A DNA stretch of 32,000 nt from Raphidiopsis brookii D9 (lineage in GTDB: Bacteria; Cyanobacteriota; Cyanobacteriia; Cyanobacteriales; Nostocaceae): the NCBI GenBank assembly GCA_000175855.1, contig ACYB01000035.1, positions 450,001 through 482,000 of the forward strand, read 5' to 3'. The notes under the pieces were generated by a model. It ran no database searches. It was given only the letters and a program-made list of their open reading frames with translations, and was not told the DNA's origin. The first letter of the stretch is position 1; every line of letters begins with the position of its first letter. This document shows positions 11,451-21,820 of the stretch, piece by piece. A program made the translations under genes and the position numbers.

Positions 11451-12569
11451 ATGAATGTAGGAATAGACCTCCAAGGAACTTTTATTCAATCGGTGAAGGA
11501 TTTAGGAATCCCAGCCGGGGTAGCCAAAGCTATTTGGATGCCATTGCCGATGATCTTAATGTTGATTGGGGCCACAGTAGGCGTGTTAGTTGCTACTTGG
11601 CTAGAGCGGAAGATATCCGCTGCTGTGCAGCAAAGAATTGGTCCAGAATATCAAGGTCCATTTGGTTTGCTAGTACCTGTAGCCGATGGTCTAAAACTAA
11701 TATTTAAAGAAGACATAGTACCAGCCAAAGCAGATGCCTGGTTATTCACTTTAGGACCGATTATTGTAGTAATCCCGGTATTTTTATCATTTTTGATAGT
11801 ACCGTTCGGGGAAAATATAGTCATCACTAATGTTGGTCTAGGTGTGTTTTTATGGATTGCCCTATCAAGTATTCAACCGATAGGGTTACTAATGGCTGGT
11901 TACGCATCTAATAACAAATACTCCTTGTTAGGGGGACTGCGAGCAGCAGCACAGTCCATCAGTTATGAAATACCCCTAGCATTGAGCGTTTTGGCCATAG
12001 TCATGATGTCAAATAGCTTAAGCACAATTGATATAGTCAACCAACAATCTCACCTGGGGATTTTAGGTTGGAACGTTTGGAGACAACCACTGGGTTTTAT
12101 CATCTTTTGGATTGCAGCTTTGGCGGAGTGCGAACGTTTGCCCTTTGACCTACCAGAAGCAGAGGAAGAACTAGTAGCTGGATATCAAACCGAATATGCG
12201 GGAATGAAATTCGGTTTATTTTACCTAGGTTCCTACATTAACCTCATCCTCTCCTCCCTACTAGTAGCAATTTTATACTTGGGAGGTTGGCATTTACCCA
12301 TACCAGTTAGCCTCTTAGGTCAATGGTTAGGACTGAGTGAAACCAGCTCGATTTTACAAGTCATCACAGCGGCTTTAGGTATTACCATGACAGTGTTAAA
12401 GGCTTACTTTTTGGTATTCCTAGCCATTTTAATTCGCTGGACAGTGCCCAGGGTAAGAATTGACCAGTTATTAGATTTAGGGTGGAAATTTCTACTGCCA
12501 ATTGGACTAGTCAACCTGCTGTTAACCGCAGGTCTGAAATTAGCCTTTCCCAGTGTTTTCGGTGGTTAA
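11451..12569 (+). CDS. ndhA: NAD(P)H-quinone oxidoreductase subunit 1
   Basis: 372 aa hydrophobic: [47 protein letters not shown]. Confidence 0.96.
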   Translation: MNVGIDLQGTFIQSVKDLGIPAGVAKAIWMPLPMILMLIGATVGVLVATWLERKISAAVQQRIGPEYQGPFGLLVPVADGLKLIFKEDIVPAKADAWLFTLGPIIVVIPVFLSFLIVPFGENIVITNVGLGVFLWIALSSIQPIGLLMAGYASNNKYSLLGGLRAAAQSISYEIPLALSVLAIVMMSNSLSTIDIVNQQSHLGILGWNVWRQPLGFIIFWIAALAECERLPFDLPEAEEELVAGYQTEYAGMKFGLFYLGSYINLILSSLLVAILYLGGWHLPIPVSLLGQWLGLSETSSILQVITAALGITMTVLKAYFLVFLAILIRWTVPRVRIDQLLDLGWKFLLPIGLVNLLLTAGLKLAFPSVFGG

Positions 12570-12603
12570 GAGTAATAATTAAGGACTACAGAAGAGATAA
12601 GCC

Positions 12604-13188
12604 ATGCTAAAGTTCCTCAAACAAGTTGGTGATTACGCCAAAGAAGCAGTACAATCGGCCCGTTATATTGGACAAGGTTTAGCAGTGACCTTTGATCACA
12701 TGCAACGGCGTCCTGTTACTGTACAATATCCCTACGAAAAATTGATTCCTGGTGAGCGATTTCGCGGTAGAATTCACTATGAATTTGATAAATGCATCGC
12801 TTGTGAGGTTTGTGTTAGGGTTTGTCCGATTAACCTACCAGTGGTGGATTGGGAAATGGACAAAGCTACTAAGAAGAAAAAGCTTAAACACTACAGCATA
12901 GACTTTGGAGTTTGTATTTTCTGCGGTAATTGTGTAGAATACTGTCCTACCAATTGTTTATCCATGACAGAAGAATACGAATTAGCCACCTACGATCGCC
13001 ACGAACTCAACTATGATAGTGTTGCGCTTGGAAGATTACCCTACAAAGTCACCAATGACCCCATGGTGACACCCCTGCGGGAACTGGTTTACCTACCGAA
13101 AGGAGTCACCGAACCCCATGGAGTTCCTGCTGATGCTCCCCGTGCTGGTTCCCTTCCACAAGACCTAGTGGAGAGTGGTCGGGAGTGA
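12604..13188 (+). CDS. ndhI: NAD(P)H-quinone oxidoreductase subunit I (2x 4Fe-4S)
   Basis: [16 protein letters not shown] and [23 protein letters not shown]. Confidence 0.96.
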   Translation: MLKFLKQVGDYAKEAVQSARYIGQGLAVTFDHMQRRPVTVQYPYEKLIPGERFRGRIHYEFDKCIACEVCVRVCPINLPVVDWEMDKATKKKKLKHYSIDFGVCIFCGNCVEYCPTNCLSMTEEYELATYDRHELNYDSVALGRLPYKVTNDPMVTPLRELVYLPKGVTEPHGVPADAPRAGSLPQDLVESGRE

Positions 13189-13224
13189 TTGGTTATTTGT
13201 CAAATATCAAAAGGATCTAAAACA

Positions 13225-13833
13225 GTGAATTTAGGTGAAGGAGTACAATCGGTTTCATTTGGCATCTTGGGTGCAATGATGATTGGTGCAGCATTAGGTG
13301 TGGTGCTGTTCTCTAATATCGTTTATTCTGCTTTTTTGCTGGGTGGTGTGTTTATCAGCATGGCTGGACTATACCTATTGCTCAATGGGGATTTCGTAGC
13401 AGCAGCTCAAGTGTTGATTTATGTAGGAGCTATTAACGTCCTCATATTGTTTGCTATCATGTTAGTAAACAAGCGTCAAGACTTTGCTGCCATACCTAGT
13501 GCTGGTTTACGAAAAATAGTCACAGGTGTGGTTAGCTTGGGACTATTTGCCCTTTTAAGCACCATGGTGTTAGCAACACCCTGGGGTAACACCACCACAC
13601 CACCAGCAACCCAAAATTCCGTAGTTGTAATAGGTGAACACCTATTTAGTGATTTCCTACTACCCTTTGAATTGGCTTCAATCTTATTATTGATAGCCAT
13701 GGTGGGGGCAATTATTCTAGCTCGACGGGAATACCTACCAGACCAGGTTACCCCATCTGAGCTACCACAAACTATCCTCACCTTGCCAGAGCGTCCCAGG
13801 GAATTGGTATCTAGTACTGGTAATCAGGAATAA
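13225..13833 (+). CDS. ndhG: NAD(P)H-quinone oxidoreductase subunit 6
   Basis: VNLGEGVQSVSFGILGAMMIGAALGVVLFSNIVYSAFLLGGVFIS...LNGDFVAAAQVLIYVGA. The ORF track starts at 13189 (TTG), but the GTG at 13225 fits NdhG better. Confidence 0.92.
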   Translation: MNLGEGVQSVSFGILGAMMIGAALGVVLFSNIVYSAFLLGGVFISMAGLYLLLNGDFVAAAQVLIYVGAINVLILFAIMLVNKRQDFAAIPSAGLRKIVTGVVSLGLFALLSTMVLATPWGNTTTPPATQNSVVVIGEHLFSDFLLPFELASILLLIAMVGAIILARREYLPDQVTPSELPQTILTLPERPRELVSSTGNQE

Positions 13834-13857
13834 ATTTCCATCAGCAATTGGTCAATC

Positions 13858-14163
13858 ATGCAACTCCAATCCTTTTTATTACTTGCAGCAGCTTTGTTTT
13901 GTATTGGCATTTATGGCTTAATTACCAGTCGTAATGCCGTTCGGGTACTTATGTCCATTGAATTGTTGTTAAATGCCGTGAATCTAAATTTAATGGCATT
14001 TTCCAATTTCCTAGATTCAAATTTAATTAAAGGCCAGGTATTCACGGTTTTTGTGATTACCGTAGCAGCTGCAGAAGCAGCGGTAGGTTTAGCCATAGTT
14101 TTAACTATTTACCGTAACCGTAATACCGTTGATATGGAGCAGTTTAACCTACTCAAGTGGTAA
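13858..14163 (+). CDS. ndhE: NAD(P)H-quinone oxidoreductase subunit 4L
   Basis: 101 aa with [32 protein letters not shown], the NuoK/NdhE hallmark. Confidence 0.96.
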   Translation: MQLQSFLLLAAALFCIGIYGLITSRNAVRVLMSIELLLNAVNLNLMAFSNFLDSNLIKGQVFTVFVITVAAAEAAVGLAIVLTIYRNRNTVDMEQFNLLKW

Positions 14164-14169
14164 CATTGC

Positions 14170-15090
14170 GTGCAACTCAAGCAGGTAATCATTGCTTACA
14201 AAGCACGGGACTCTCAAAGTAAACGTTGGGCAGAACTCTGTGCAAAACAACTAGAGAAGCGTCATTGTCAAGTTATGGTTGGACCAAGTGGACCTAAAGA
14301 TAACCCCTACCCCGTATTTTTAGCCTCCGCTACCCAACCTATCGACCTGGCTCTAGTATTTGGTGGAGATGGCACAGTTTTAACTGGTGCTAGACATTTG
14401 GCTCCAGCTGGTATCCCCATTTTAGGGGTAAATGTGGGTGGTCATCTGGGGTTTTTAACTGAGTCCATGGATGAGTTTCAGGAACCTGAACTAGTTTGGG
14501 ATCGACTATTAGAAGATCGCTATGCCCTACAAAGACGGATGATGTTACAAGCAGCTGTTTATGAGGGACCTAGGATTAACCTGAAACCGGTAACTGAAAA
14601 CTTCCTCGCATTAAATGAGTTTTGTATTAAACCCGCTTCAGCGGATAGAATGATAACCTCAATTCTAGAGATGGAAATTGATGGAGAAGTAGTTGATCAG
14701 TATGTGGGGGATGGATTAATTGTTTCTACCCCCACTGGGTCTACTGGTTATACGGTTTCTGCCAATGGTCCAATTATGCACGATGGCATGGAGGCTATTA
14801 CCGTCACCCCCATTTGTCCTATGAGTCTTTCCAGTCGTCCTTTAGTGTTACCACCTGGTTCTGTGGTCAGTATTTGGCCCCTGGGTGATTATGATTTAAG
14901 TACCAAGTTGTGGATGGATGGAGTGTTATCCACTTCTATTTGGCCCGGTCATCGTGTGGATGTGCGCATGACTGACTGTCGGGCTAAGTTTGTTATCTTG
15001 CGGGCCAATAATTCTTATTATCAGACCCTGCGGGAGAAGTTACTTTGGGCTGGTACTAGGGTTCACTACGGTAATAACCATCATAATTAG
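14170..15090 (+). CDS. nadK: NAD(+) kinase
   Basis: GGDGTVLTGARHLAPAGIPILGVNVGGHLGFLTE and GDGLIVSTPTGSTGYTVSANGP. GTG start. Confidence 0.94.
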   Translation: MQLKQVIIAYKARDSQSKRWAELCAKQLEKRHCQVMVGPSGPKDNPYPVFLASATQPIDLALVFGGDGTVLTGARHLAPAGIPILGVNVGGHLGFLTESMDEFQEPELVWDRLLEDRYALQRRMMLQAAVYEGPRINLKPVTENFLALNEFCIKPASADRMITSILEMEIDGEVVDQYVGDGLIVSTPTGSTGYTVSANGPIMHDGMEAITVTPICPMSLSSRPLVLPPGSVVSIWPLGDYDLSTKLWMDGVLSTSIWPGHRVDVRMTDCRAKFVILRANNSYYQTLREKLLWAGTRVHYGNNHHN

Positions 15091-15323
15091 GAGAAATCCC
15101 CTTGTATAGCTAGGGATCTGGTGCTGGGTAGTTTCTAACTAGAATCATACTTTCCATCGTTCACGGAGAGATAGGCGGTTATGGAGTCTCCATATCGTTC
15201 TGATATAGAATACACTTAATTATATAGGCATTCTGGAAGAATTGCCTAGGCCTAGATATTTTTATTCAGCTACTAACCCTTATATTTTTTTGATTATGAC
15301 CGAAAATTATCCTCAAGCTATCA

Positions 15324-16061
15324 ATGGCAAAAAAGTTAAAAATTCACGGTTTAGATGGTTCCATAGATGCTTATTTGGCACAACCTGTAGCAACTGGTAT
15401 CTATCCAGGAATTGTGGTCTTGCAAGAGATATTTGGCGTAAATGAACATATTCGCGATGTCACTGAACGAATTGCCCGGTTAGGGTATGTGGCCATCGCC
15501 CCTGCTCTTTTTCAACGCCAAGCACCAGGATTTGAAGCAGGATACAGCCCAGATGAAATTGAGATTGGTAGAAAATATGCTTGGTCACAAACTAAAGCTA
15601 CAGAGCTACTGGGTGATATAGGATCCAGCATTAATTATCTCAAAACCTTGGAGAATGTGCAACCAGCTAATTTTGGTTGTATAGGATTTTGCTTTGGGGG
15701 ACATGTAGCCTATTTAGCAGCCACTCTCCCGGATATTAAGGCCACAGCCTCTTTCTATGGCGCTGGAATCCCTACCCGCACCCCCGGAGGTAATCACCCT
15801 ACCCTACTGCGTACATCGGAAATTTCTGGCACTATTTATCTGTTTTTTGGCATGGAAGATGCTAGTATACCCCAGGAACAGGTAGATGAAATTGAAGATA
15901 CTTTAAAAAAACACCAGGTTCCCCATCGGATCTTTCGCTACGATGGAGCTAATCACGGATTTTTTTGCGATCACCGCGCCAGTTATAATGTTAAAGCTGC
16001 TGGTGAAGCTTGGGAACAAGTTCAACAACTGTTTAACCTACTGGTGAAAACTAATGATTGA
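15324..16061 (+). CDS. Dienelactone hydrolase family protein
   Basis: VLQEIFGVNEHIRDVTERIARLGYVAIAP, nucleophile motif GFCFGGH, C-terminal GANHGFFCDHR. Confidence 0.9.
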   Translation: MAKKLKIHGLDGSIDAYLAQPVATGIYPGIVVLQEIFGVNEHIRDVTERIARLGYVAIAPALFQRQAPGFEAGYSPDEIEIGRKYAWSQTKATELLGDIGSSINYLKTLENVQPANFGCIGFCFGGHVAYLAATLPDIKATASFYGAGIPTRTPGGNHPTLLRTSEISGTIYLFFGMEDASIPQEQVDEIEDTLKKHQVPHRIFRYDGANHGFFCDHRASYNVKAAGEAWEQVQQLFNLLVKTND

Positions 16062-16131
16062 TCAATAACAAACTATCTGGAAATTGTCTACCATTAATCC
16101 ATTAAATATCTTGCCCTCATCTTCAAAAATC

Positions 16132-17031
16132 ATGACTTCTCCATCTGAATCTTCTCAAATAGCTACCTCATCTTTTTCCATGGATGATTTTGCTAAGGCT
16201 TTAGAAAAACACGATTACCAATTTCAAAAAGGACAAACTGTACGCGGTAAAGTATTTCAACTTGACCATGACGGAGCCTATGTCGATATTGGTGGTAAAT
16301 CATCAGCATTCCTTCCCCGAGATGAAGCTTCTTTGAGAACAGTCACGGATTTATCGGAAATTCTTCCCCTAAATGAGGAGATGGAGTTTTTGATTATTCG
16401 TGAGCAAGATGCGGAAGGTCAAGTTACTATTTCCCGTAGACAACTGGAAATTCAGCACATTTGGGAAAAAGTTGCTCAAATGCAAGAGAATTCCCAAAGC
16501 ATCCCCGTAAGAGTTATTGGTGTGAATAAGGGTGGTGTGAATGTGGAGGTTCTTTCCCTACGTGGTTTTATTCCCAAATCCCACTTGCTCGAACGGGAAA
16601 ATCTAGAAGCTCTCAAGGGACAAACCCTTACTGTCGGTTTTTTAGAGGTGAACCGCGCTAACAAGAAGCTAATTCTTTCTCAACGATTGGCAACTCGTTC
16701 CAGTAACCTCAGTTTATTACAGACTGATCAGTTGGTCACCGGTAAGGTGACTGGGATTAAGCCATTTGGTGTGTTTGTTGATTTGGATGGGGTGAGTGCC
16801 CTACTCCATATCAAGCAAGTTAGTCAGAAATTTACTGAGTCTTTGGAAAAGGTCTTCCAAATCGGTCAGGAAATTAAGGGTATTGTTATTGATATAGATG
16901 AAAGTAAGGGGAGAGTTGCTATTTCTACCAGAAAATTGGAAAACTATCCCGGTGAGGTGTTGGAAAATTTAGCAGAAGTGATGAATTCTGCTGATGCTCG
17001 CGCTAATAGGGTTAGTAGCACTCCAGAATAG
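16132..17031 (+). CDS. S1 RNA-binding domain protein (ribosomal protein S1-like)
   Basis: Repeated S1 modules: GQTVRGKVFQLDHDGAYVDIGGKSSAFLP and LVTGKVTGIKPFGVFVDLDGVSALLHIKQVS. ATG at 16132 preferred over TTG at 16084. Confidence 0.85.
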   Translation: MTSPSESSQIATSSFSMDDFAKALEKHDYQFQKGQTVRGKVFQLDHDGAYVDIGGKSSAFLPRDEASLRTVTDLSEILPLNEEMEFLIIREQDAEGQVTISRRQLEIQHIWEKVAQMQENSQSIPVRVIGVNKGGVNVEVLSLRGFIPKSHLLERENLEALKGQTLTVGFLEVNRANKKLILSQRLATRSSNLSLLQTDQLVTGKVTGIKPFGVFVDLDGVSALLHIKQVSQKFTESLEKVFQIGQEIKGIVIDIDESKGRVAISTRKLENYPGEVLENLAEVMNSADARANRVSSTPE

Positions 17032-17032
17032 C

Positions 17033-17669
17033 TCATTCATTGATTGACAACAAACCAGGGGGAGGAGTAATTTCAATCCGTCTATTGGCTAAATCTACCA
17101 CAGGGACAATTTCCATGACAAAGGGAATTAAAACCGTCTTTCCCCCTAAGTTCCTATTCCAAGATGGATCACATTTTACCTCCAACAAGTCGTGTCCAGA
17201 AGGTAGTATATCCGTTACATCCCCTATCCTCTCCCCAGATTCTTGCATAAATACAGGTAGTCCTATCAAGTCTATAACGTGAAACTCTCCTGGACCTAAT
17301 TCCACGCGATCGCTTATTGGTACAAATAGTCTACCCTCCCTCAGGTTTTCCGCAGCATTGCGATCGCCTATACCATGCAGTTTAATTACATATAGATTTT
17401 TGCCTTCCACATACCGACCATGTAATAACTGTACCGGTTGAGGTGATGGTTCTCCCGGGAGCAATAACCAGCGAGTCCCCGGTTCTTCAAACCGTTCTGG
17501 AAAATCAGTCTGAGGATAAACCCGCATTTCCCCTGTTAACCCTTGAGGTGCAACGATTTTACCAATTTCGATCCAATCATCTAGGTTGGGGAATGGGAGA
17601 CTCGGATTTGTTTCCCCTTTTTTTTTGCTCTCCAGTTGCTTGTTTTCTCTTTTTATTTTCCCGCTTCAT
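17033..17669 (-). CDS. rimM: Ribosome maturation factor RimM, with an apparent single-nucleotide frame disruption at an A9 run
   Basis: ORF 17033-17527 encodes MRVYPQTDFPERFEEPGTRWLL...EYHVVDL-like RimM body. The same frame upstream encodes the RimM N-terminus LDDWIEIGKIVAPQGLTGE but has no ATG/GTG/TTG before a stop. An ATG at 17669 in the neighbouring frame joins if the A9 run is read as A8. Confidence 0.8.
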
Positions 17670-17675
17670 TGTGAC

Positions 17676-18947
17676 TTATTGATGATAAACCTCTTGAGCA
17701 ATCTTCGCCAAACGCTGCATACCAATACTAATTTCTTCATCAGTACCTGTCAAACTAATGCGTAGACATTGATGTTTGTGTTCCCAATTCTCCTCTAACC
17801 CGGGAAAGAAACTACTACCCGGTACAACTATCACACCAACCTTCTTTAACTGCTGGTAAAATTCCCAGTCACTAACGGGTAATTCCCGTAGCCATAACCA
17901 GGCAAAAATCGCTCCCTCACCCCGATGTAAAAACCATGGTAAATCCTTGGGCATTACCGCATCTAAAGTGCTTTCCAATACATCAAATTTATGCTGATAA
18001 AAAGGTCTAATCACAGTTTCCGCAATATTTGCCAGGGCCCCTGATTCTATAGCACGAGTGGCGATCGCCTGACCATATCTAGAAGAATGAATACCAGCAT
18101 TAGTTTGAAAACACTCTAATACCTGTAATAATTTTTCCTCACCGATAGCCACCCCAATTCTTTCTCCTGGCAACCCAGCTTTTGACAAACTGATACAGTG
18201 GATAATATTCTCACCAAATACGGGTTTCATTTCGGTAAAATTCAAAGCTGGGAAAGGGGGCGCATAGGCGGAATCTATTAAGACTGGTACATCATAGGGC
18301 GTGGCCAGGGCGGCAATTTTTTCCACTTCCTCATTGGTTAACACATTACCTGTAGGGTTACAGGGACGAGAAAAAATCACACAACCTGTTTCCCCAGTAA
18401 TAGAAAGCTGGGTAAAATCAGGACGATATTTAAAACGATGATTTACACCATCAACATCCAGAGTTGGTTTATAGGCAATTAAAGATTCTGGACAGATGCT
18501 GACACCACCATATCCTGTGTAGTCTGGACTGAGGGGCAAAACAATTTTTTTTAATTTACAATCCTCAGTATATCCACCATAAGCATTGGCTGCATAAAAG
18601 TAAATAGTTTGACTACCAGCGGTGACTAAAATATTACGTTCTGTCAACTGCAAGCCATAACGCTGATTGAAATCCTTAACGATAGCAGCAATAAAGGGTG
18701 CATAACCCTGAGAAGAACCATAACGACAGACAACCTCTCCATACTCAGAACTGGCTAATAAATCCGCCGTACACTCTCGCCATAATTGCTCTACTTCTGG
18801 TAGTATCAAGGGATTGCCAGCACTGAGATTATATAATACCTGCCCTTGATTTGCTCTAAGTGTTTCATTTATATCTTTCATAATTGCTCTAACGCCAGTT
18901 AAGTTAGACATTTGAGCGCCAATTTTAGTTAGGGCAGGTTTGATCAT
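17676..18947 (-). CDS. avtA: Valine--pyruvate transaminase-like PLP-dependent aminotransferase
   Basis: VIFSRPCNPTGNVLTNEEVEKI, PLSPDYTGYGGVS, PLP-lysine context SLSKAGLPGERIG, and the C-terminus PGSSFFPGLEENWEHKHQCLRISL resembling AvtA. Start chosen at MIKPALTKIG; ORF extends to 19004. Confidence 0.8.
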   Translation of the reverse strand: MIKPALTKIGAQMSNLTGVRAIMKDINETLRANQGQVLYNLSAGNPLILPEVEQLWRECTADLLASSEYGEVVCRYGSSQGYAPFIAAIVKDFNQRYGLQLTERNILVTAGSQTIYFYAANAYGGYTEDCKLKKIVLPLSPDYTGYGGVSICPESLIAYKPTLDVDGVNHRFKYRPDFTQLSITGETGCVIFSRPCNPTGNVLTNEEVEKIAALATPYDVPVLIDSAYAPPFPALNFTEMKPVFGENIIHCISLSKAGLPGERIGVAIGEEKLLQVLECFQTNAGIHSSRYGQAIATRAIESGALANIAETVIRPFYQHKFDVLESTLDAVMPKDLPWFLHRGEGAIFAWLWLRELPVSDWEFYQQLKKVGVIVVPGSSFFPGLEENWEHKHQCLRISLTGTDEEISIGMQRLAKIAQEVYHQ

Positions 18948-19114
18948 AGTTGTTACAAAAGTTACAAATTTTAGGAGTTGTAGGGTGTAAGATGATGTAA
19001 CCATATCACATCCTACCTAGTTTAACATTAAAAATAAAGCTCCACCCTGATTATGATGCTAAAGCACCAGGAGTGGAGATAGAAAAATTTGACAGCTTAG
19101 AAACTCCCAAAGAG

Positions 19115-20761
19115 TTAGCCAGTGTAAATATGAGCTAGTCTTAATCGTCGAATCATTTCTCGGCGCACCTCATTTTTAACCCGTTCACCACGTCGCCAAT
19201 GTTCCAGCTGGATATTATCAACGTAGAACCTGACAGCAAATTCCATGGAAGAACCTTGAATATTGGTGATTTGGACTTGTGGTTCCTTCCAAGCGGTGGA
19301 AGACTCCTTAAAGCTAGATTCTAGCCATTCGGCAAAGTTTTCCACATAATTGTCCAATCGAGTTTCCTTAACTCCTGGATTAGAAATTATCTGAAATAGT
19401 TTAGTCAGTTTAAGTTTGAGCAAATCAATTTTCTGTTCCCATTCATCAGGTAAAATCTGACGGTCTTCCATAACTAAATCTGGATCTTCTAACCAAGTGC
19501 GATACCAGATTCTCACTAAAGAGATGAGGTTTCTCTTTTGGTTAGATTCCTCTTCTAACCTAGAGCGCTGTCGTTTACCCTTGCGCTCTGTTACAATTAC
19601 CATACCCACCAGTTCCAAAATATCCATGTAAGTTTTTTGGAGAACCATTAATTCCTGCGCATCTAAACCACCTCTTTCCAGAACCTTAATTTCTTCCAGC
19701 AGTGTTTCAAATGCAGCAGCAATCTTTTTCAACTGTAGGCTAATTTCTCTGTCTAATTCTATACGGTTCCGTCCGGCCTCTTTTTTAGAAGGTTTGTTGT
19801 CCTGGGCTTCCTTCAATCCATAAAATGAATCCAAGTATCTTAGTTTATCATCAAAATCGGCTATGGTGTCTGGATGTCCAATCACAATTTCCTTCAGGAT
19901 ATTGGTTGCTAAAGCAGAATCGGCATCAATTCTCACAGCTACGGGAATTTTATAAGCATAGTGGGTTGTAGGACGACTCAAATTAGTAATACTCTGATTG
20001 CTTAGAGTCGCATTTGGTACATACTTTTCGCAATGCTCTTCAATCAGGTACAATTTGGTAACTCGAATACCGATTTCCTTGATAATTGCCAGGGAACCAT
20101 CGAAAACAATCACATCTCCGAACTCAAAAGGTGTGTCAATTAGCAAGACCAAACCACTGAAAAAATTGCTTAAAATGTCCCTGACAGCTAAACCTAATAC
20201 CAGGGTAATACTACCCAGAGCTAATCCTATTCCCGATAGGTCTACACCTAGAACAGTAAAAAATAGGGAAAAGCCAATAATATAAGTCAGAACTGGGATG
20301 AAATTCTTCAAAAGGGGTACTAAAACATCATCCCAAACCGCTTCAGTTTGTCTGGCATAGGATTTCAAGTAGACAACCACCAATTCAGTGAGTATCTGAG
20401 TAATCCAATAGGTAAATGCGGCTATAAGAAAAGCTGTAGCAAATTTTTGGATCCACTCAATTATTTCCCCAGAACTGCTAAGATTAGCTAGGGAAATCTT
20501 GAGACTACACAATACCAAAACTACGGACAGGGGAGCTTGGGAAAGACCGAGGACGAGAATCCATGTATCTTTTTCCAACTTACGGACAATAGGTCGCAGG
20601 ACATAAAAAAGTCCTAGATAAATTGCCACGGAAATTCCCGCGCACAAACCCAAAGTCAAAATGAACTTAGTCGATTGTGCACCTGTTGGCGGGATGAAAA
20701 GTGCGCCTAATACATGGTTTGTCAGCGCAGAAACTGGTAACACTGATGAAATGTGAGTCAT
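19115..20761 (-). CDS. Small-conductance mechanosensitive ion channel (MscS family)
   Basis: Multiple TM helices, GVDLSGIGLALGSITLVLGLAVRDILSNFFSGLVLLIDTPFEFGDVIVFDG, long cytosolic C-terminus. Confidence 0.88.
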   Translation of the reverse strand: MTHISSVLPVSALTNHVLGALFIPPTGAQSTKFILTLGLCAGISVAIYLGLFYVLRPIVRKLEKDTWILVLGLSQAPLSVVLVLCSLKISLANLSSSGEIIEWIQKFATAFLIAAFTYWITQILTELVVVYLKSYARQTEAVWDDVLVPLLKNFIPVLTYIIGFSLFFTVLGVDLSGIGLALGSITLVLGLAVRDILSNFFSGLVLLIDTPFEFGDVIVFDGSLAIIKEIGIRVTKLYLIEEHCEKYVPNATLSNQSITNLSRPTTHYAYKIPVAVRIDADSALATNILKEIVIGHPDTIADFDDKLRYLDSFYGLKEAQDNKPSKKEAGRNRIELDREISLQLKKIAAAFETLLEEIKVLERGGLDAQELMVLQKTYMDILELVGMVIVTERKGKRQRSRLEEESNQKRNLISLVRIWYRTWLEDPDLVMEDRQILPDEWEQKIDLLKLKLTKLFQIISNPGVKETRLDNYVENFAEWLESSFKESSTAWKEPQVQITNIQGSSMEFAVRFYVDNIQLEHWRRGERVKNEVRREMIRRLRLAHIYTG

Positions 20762-21014
20762 CCTTGATTATTTTGCTTGGTGAGTTTCATCTTAATATAT
20801 CTATATGTGTTTGCCTTGTGAGCAAGGTAAATGTAATCCCTAGGACCTATAATAGTATGATCATTCAAGAAAATATTGATCTGATCGAAAATTAAGACTT
20901 TCTAATTTTTTATTGACACTAAATGTGTGTTAACTGATACTAACATGTTGATTAAATTCCAAAGCTATCCAGTAATTTGGTTATTAAATCACAGTTATGC
21001 AAAAATATGCGCAG

Positions 21015-21047
21015 CACTTAATAACCACTTAATAACCACTTAATAGG
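21015..21047 (+). repeat. Short tandem repeat, 11-nt unit CACTTAATAAC, about 2.8 copies
   Basis: CACTTAATAAC|CACTTAATAAC|CACTTAATAGG read directly. It spans the stop codon of the minus-strand ABC ATPase gene. Confidence 0.85.
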
Positions 21048-21781
21048 TTGAAAATCAACCGTTTGTAATTTTGAAATTCCCAACTTTGCTTGATTTGGTC
21101 GTATTCCTTGTCTGGTAAAACAATATTAATTTCCTGACGAATTTTGCCAGGACGGGAAGTTAGTACGTAAACACGTTGGGACAGGAAAATTGCCTCCTCC
21201 ACATCGTGGGTAATCATCAAAATTGTGGTTCCAGTTTGTTGCCAAATCTGACGCAAAAATTTCTGCATTGATTCTTTGGTTTGCACATCCAAAGCTCCAA
21301 ATGGTTCATCCATTAATAGTATTTTGGGTTGTGATGCTAATGCGCGGGCAATGGCTACTCTTTGTTTCATTCCTCCTGATAACTGCCTAGGTAAAGCTTG
21401 AGCAAATTCAGTTAAACCAACCACTTCTAAATAGTAAGAAATCGATTGTTTGCGTTTAACAGGGTCAACACCCTGTAGCTTAAGTCCAAAACCGACGTTA
21501 TCAGCAACATTCATCCAGGGATAAAGGGTATAAGTTTGAAAGACTAAACCTCGTTCCTTCCCAGGTCCTTTAACAGGAAGACCATCAACCAAAATTTCAC
21601 CAGCAGTTGGCGTATCCAGTCCAGAAATTAAGCGCAGCAGAGTTGTTTTACCTGAACCAGAAGCACCTACAGCACAAACAAACTCTCCCTGCTCAATATG
21701 TAGGTTAATGTTTTCTAGAGCGTTGAGAGTACCACGTCTAGTTTTAAATTGCTTATGTAGTTCTGAGACCTGTAAATGCAT
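21029..21781 (-). CDS. NitT/TauT-type ABC transporter ATP-binding protein, candidate guanidine transporter component
   Basis: Walker [40 protein letters not shown]. Last gene of the riboswitch-led cluster. Confidence 0.88.
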   Translation of the reverse strand: MHLQVSELHKQFKTRRGTLNALENINLHIEQGEFVCAVGASGSGKTTLLRLISGLDTPTAGEILVDGLPVKGPGKERGLVFQTYTLYPWMNVADNVGFGLKLQGVDPVKRKQSISYYLEVVGLTEFAQALPRQLSGGMKQRVAIARALASQPKILLMDEPFGALDVQTKESMQKFLRQIWQQTGTTILMITHDVEEAIFLSQRVYVLTSRPGKIRQEINIVLPDKEYDQIKQSWEFQNYKRLIFNLLSGY

Positions 21782-21820
21782 AAATTTAAACTTTAAAGAT
21801 GTAAACTAATTTTATTTATG

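Noticed and set aside
15227-15246. Small hairpin GGCATTCT-GGA-AGAATTGCC upstream of the dienelactone hydrolase
   Set aside because: Short stem with a bulge, no T-tract and no family resemblance. It is likely chance or a weak terminator.
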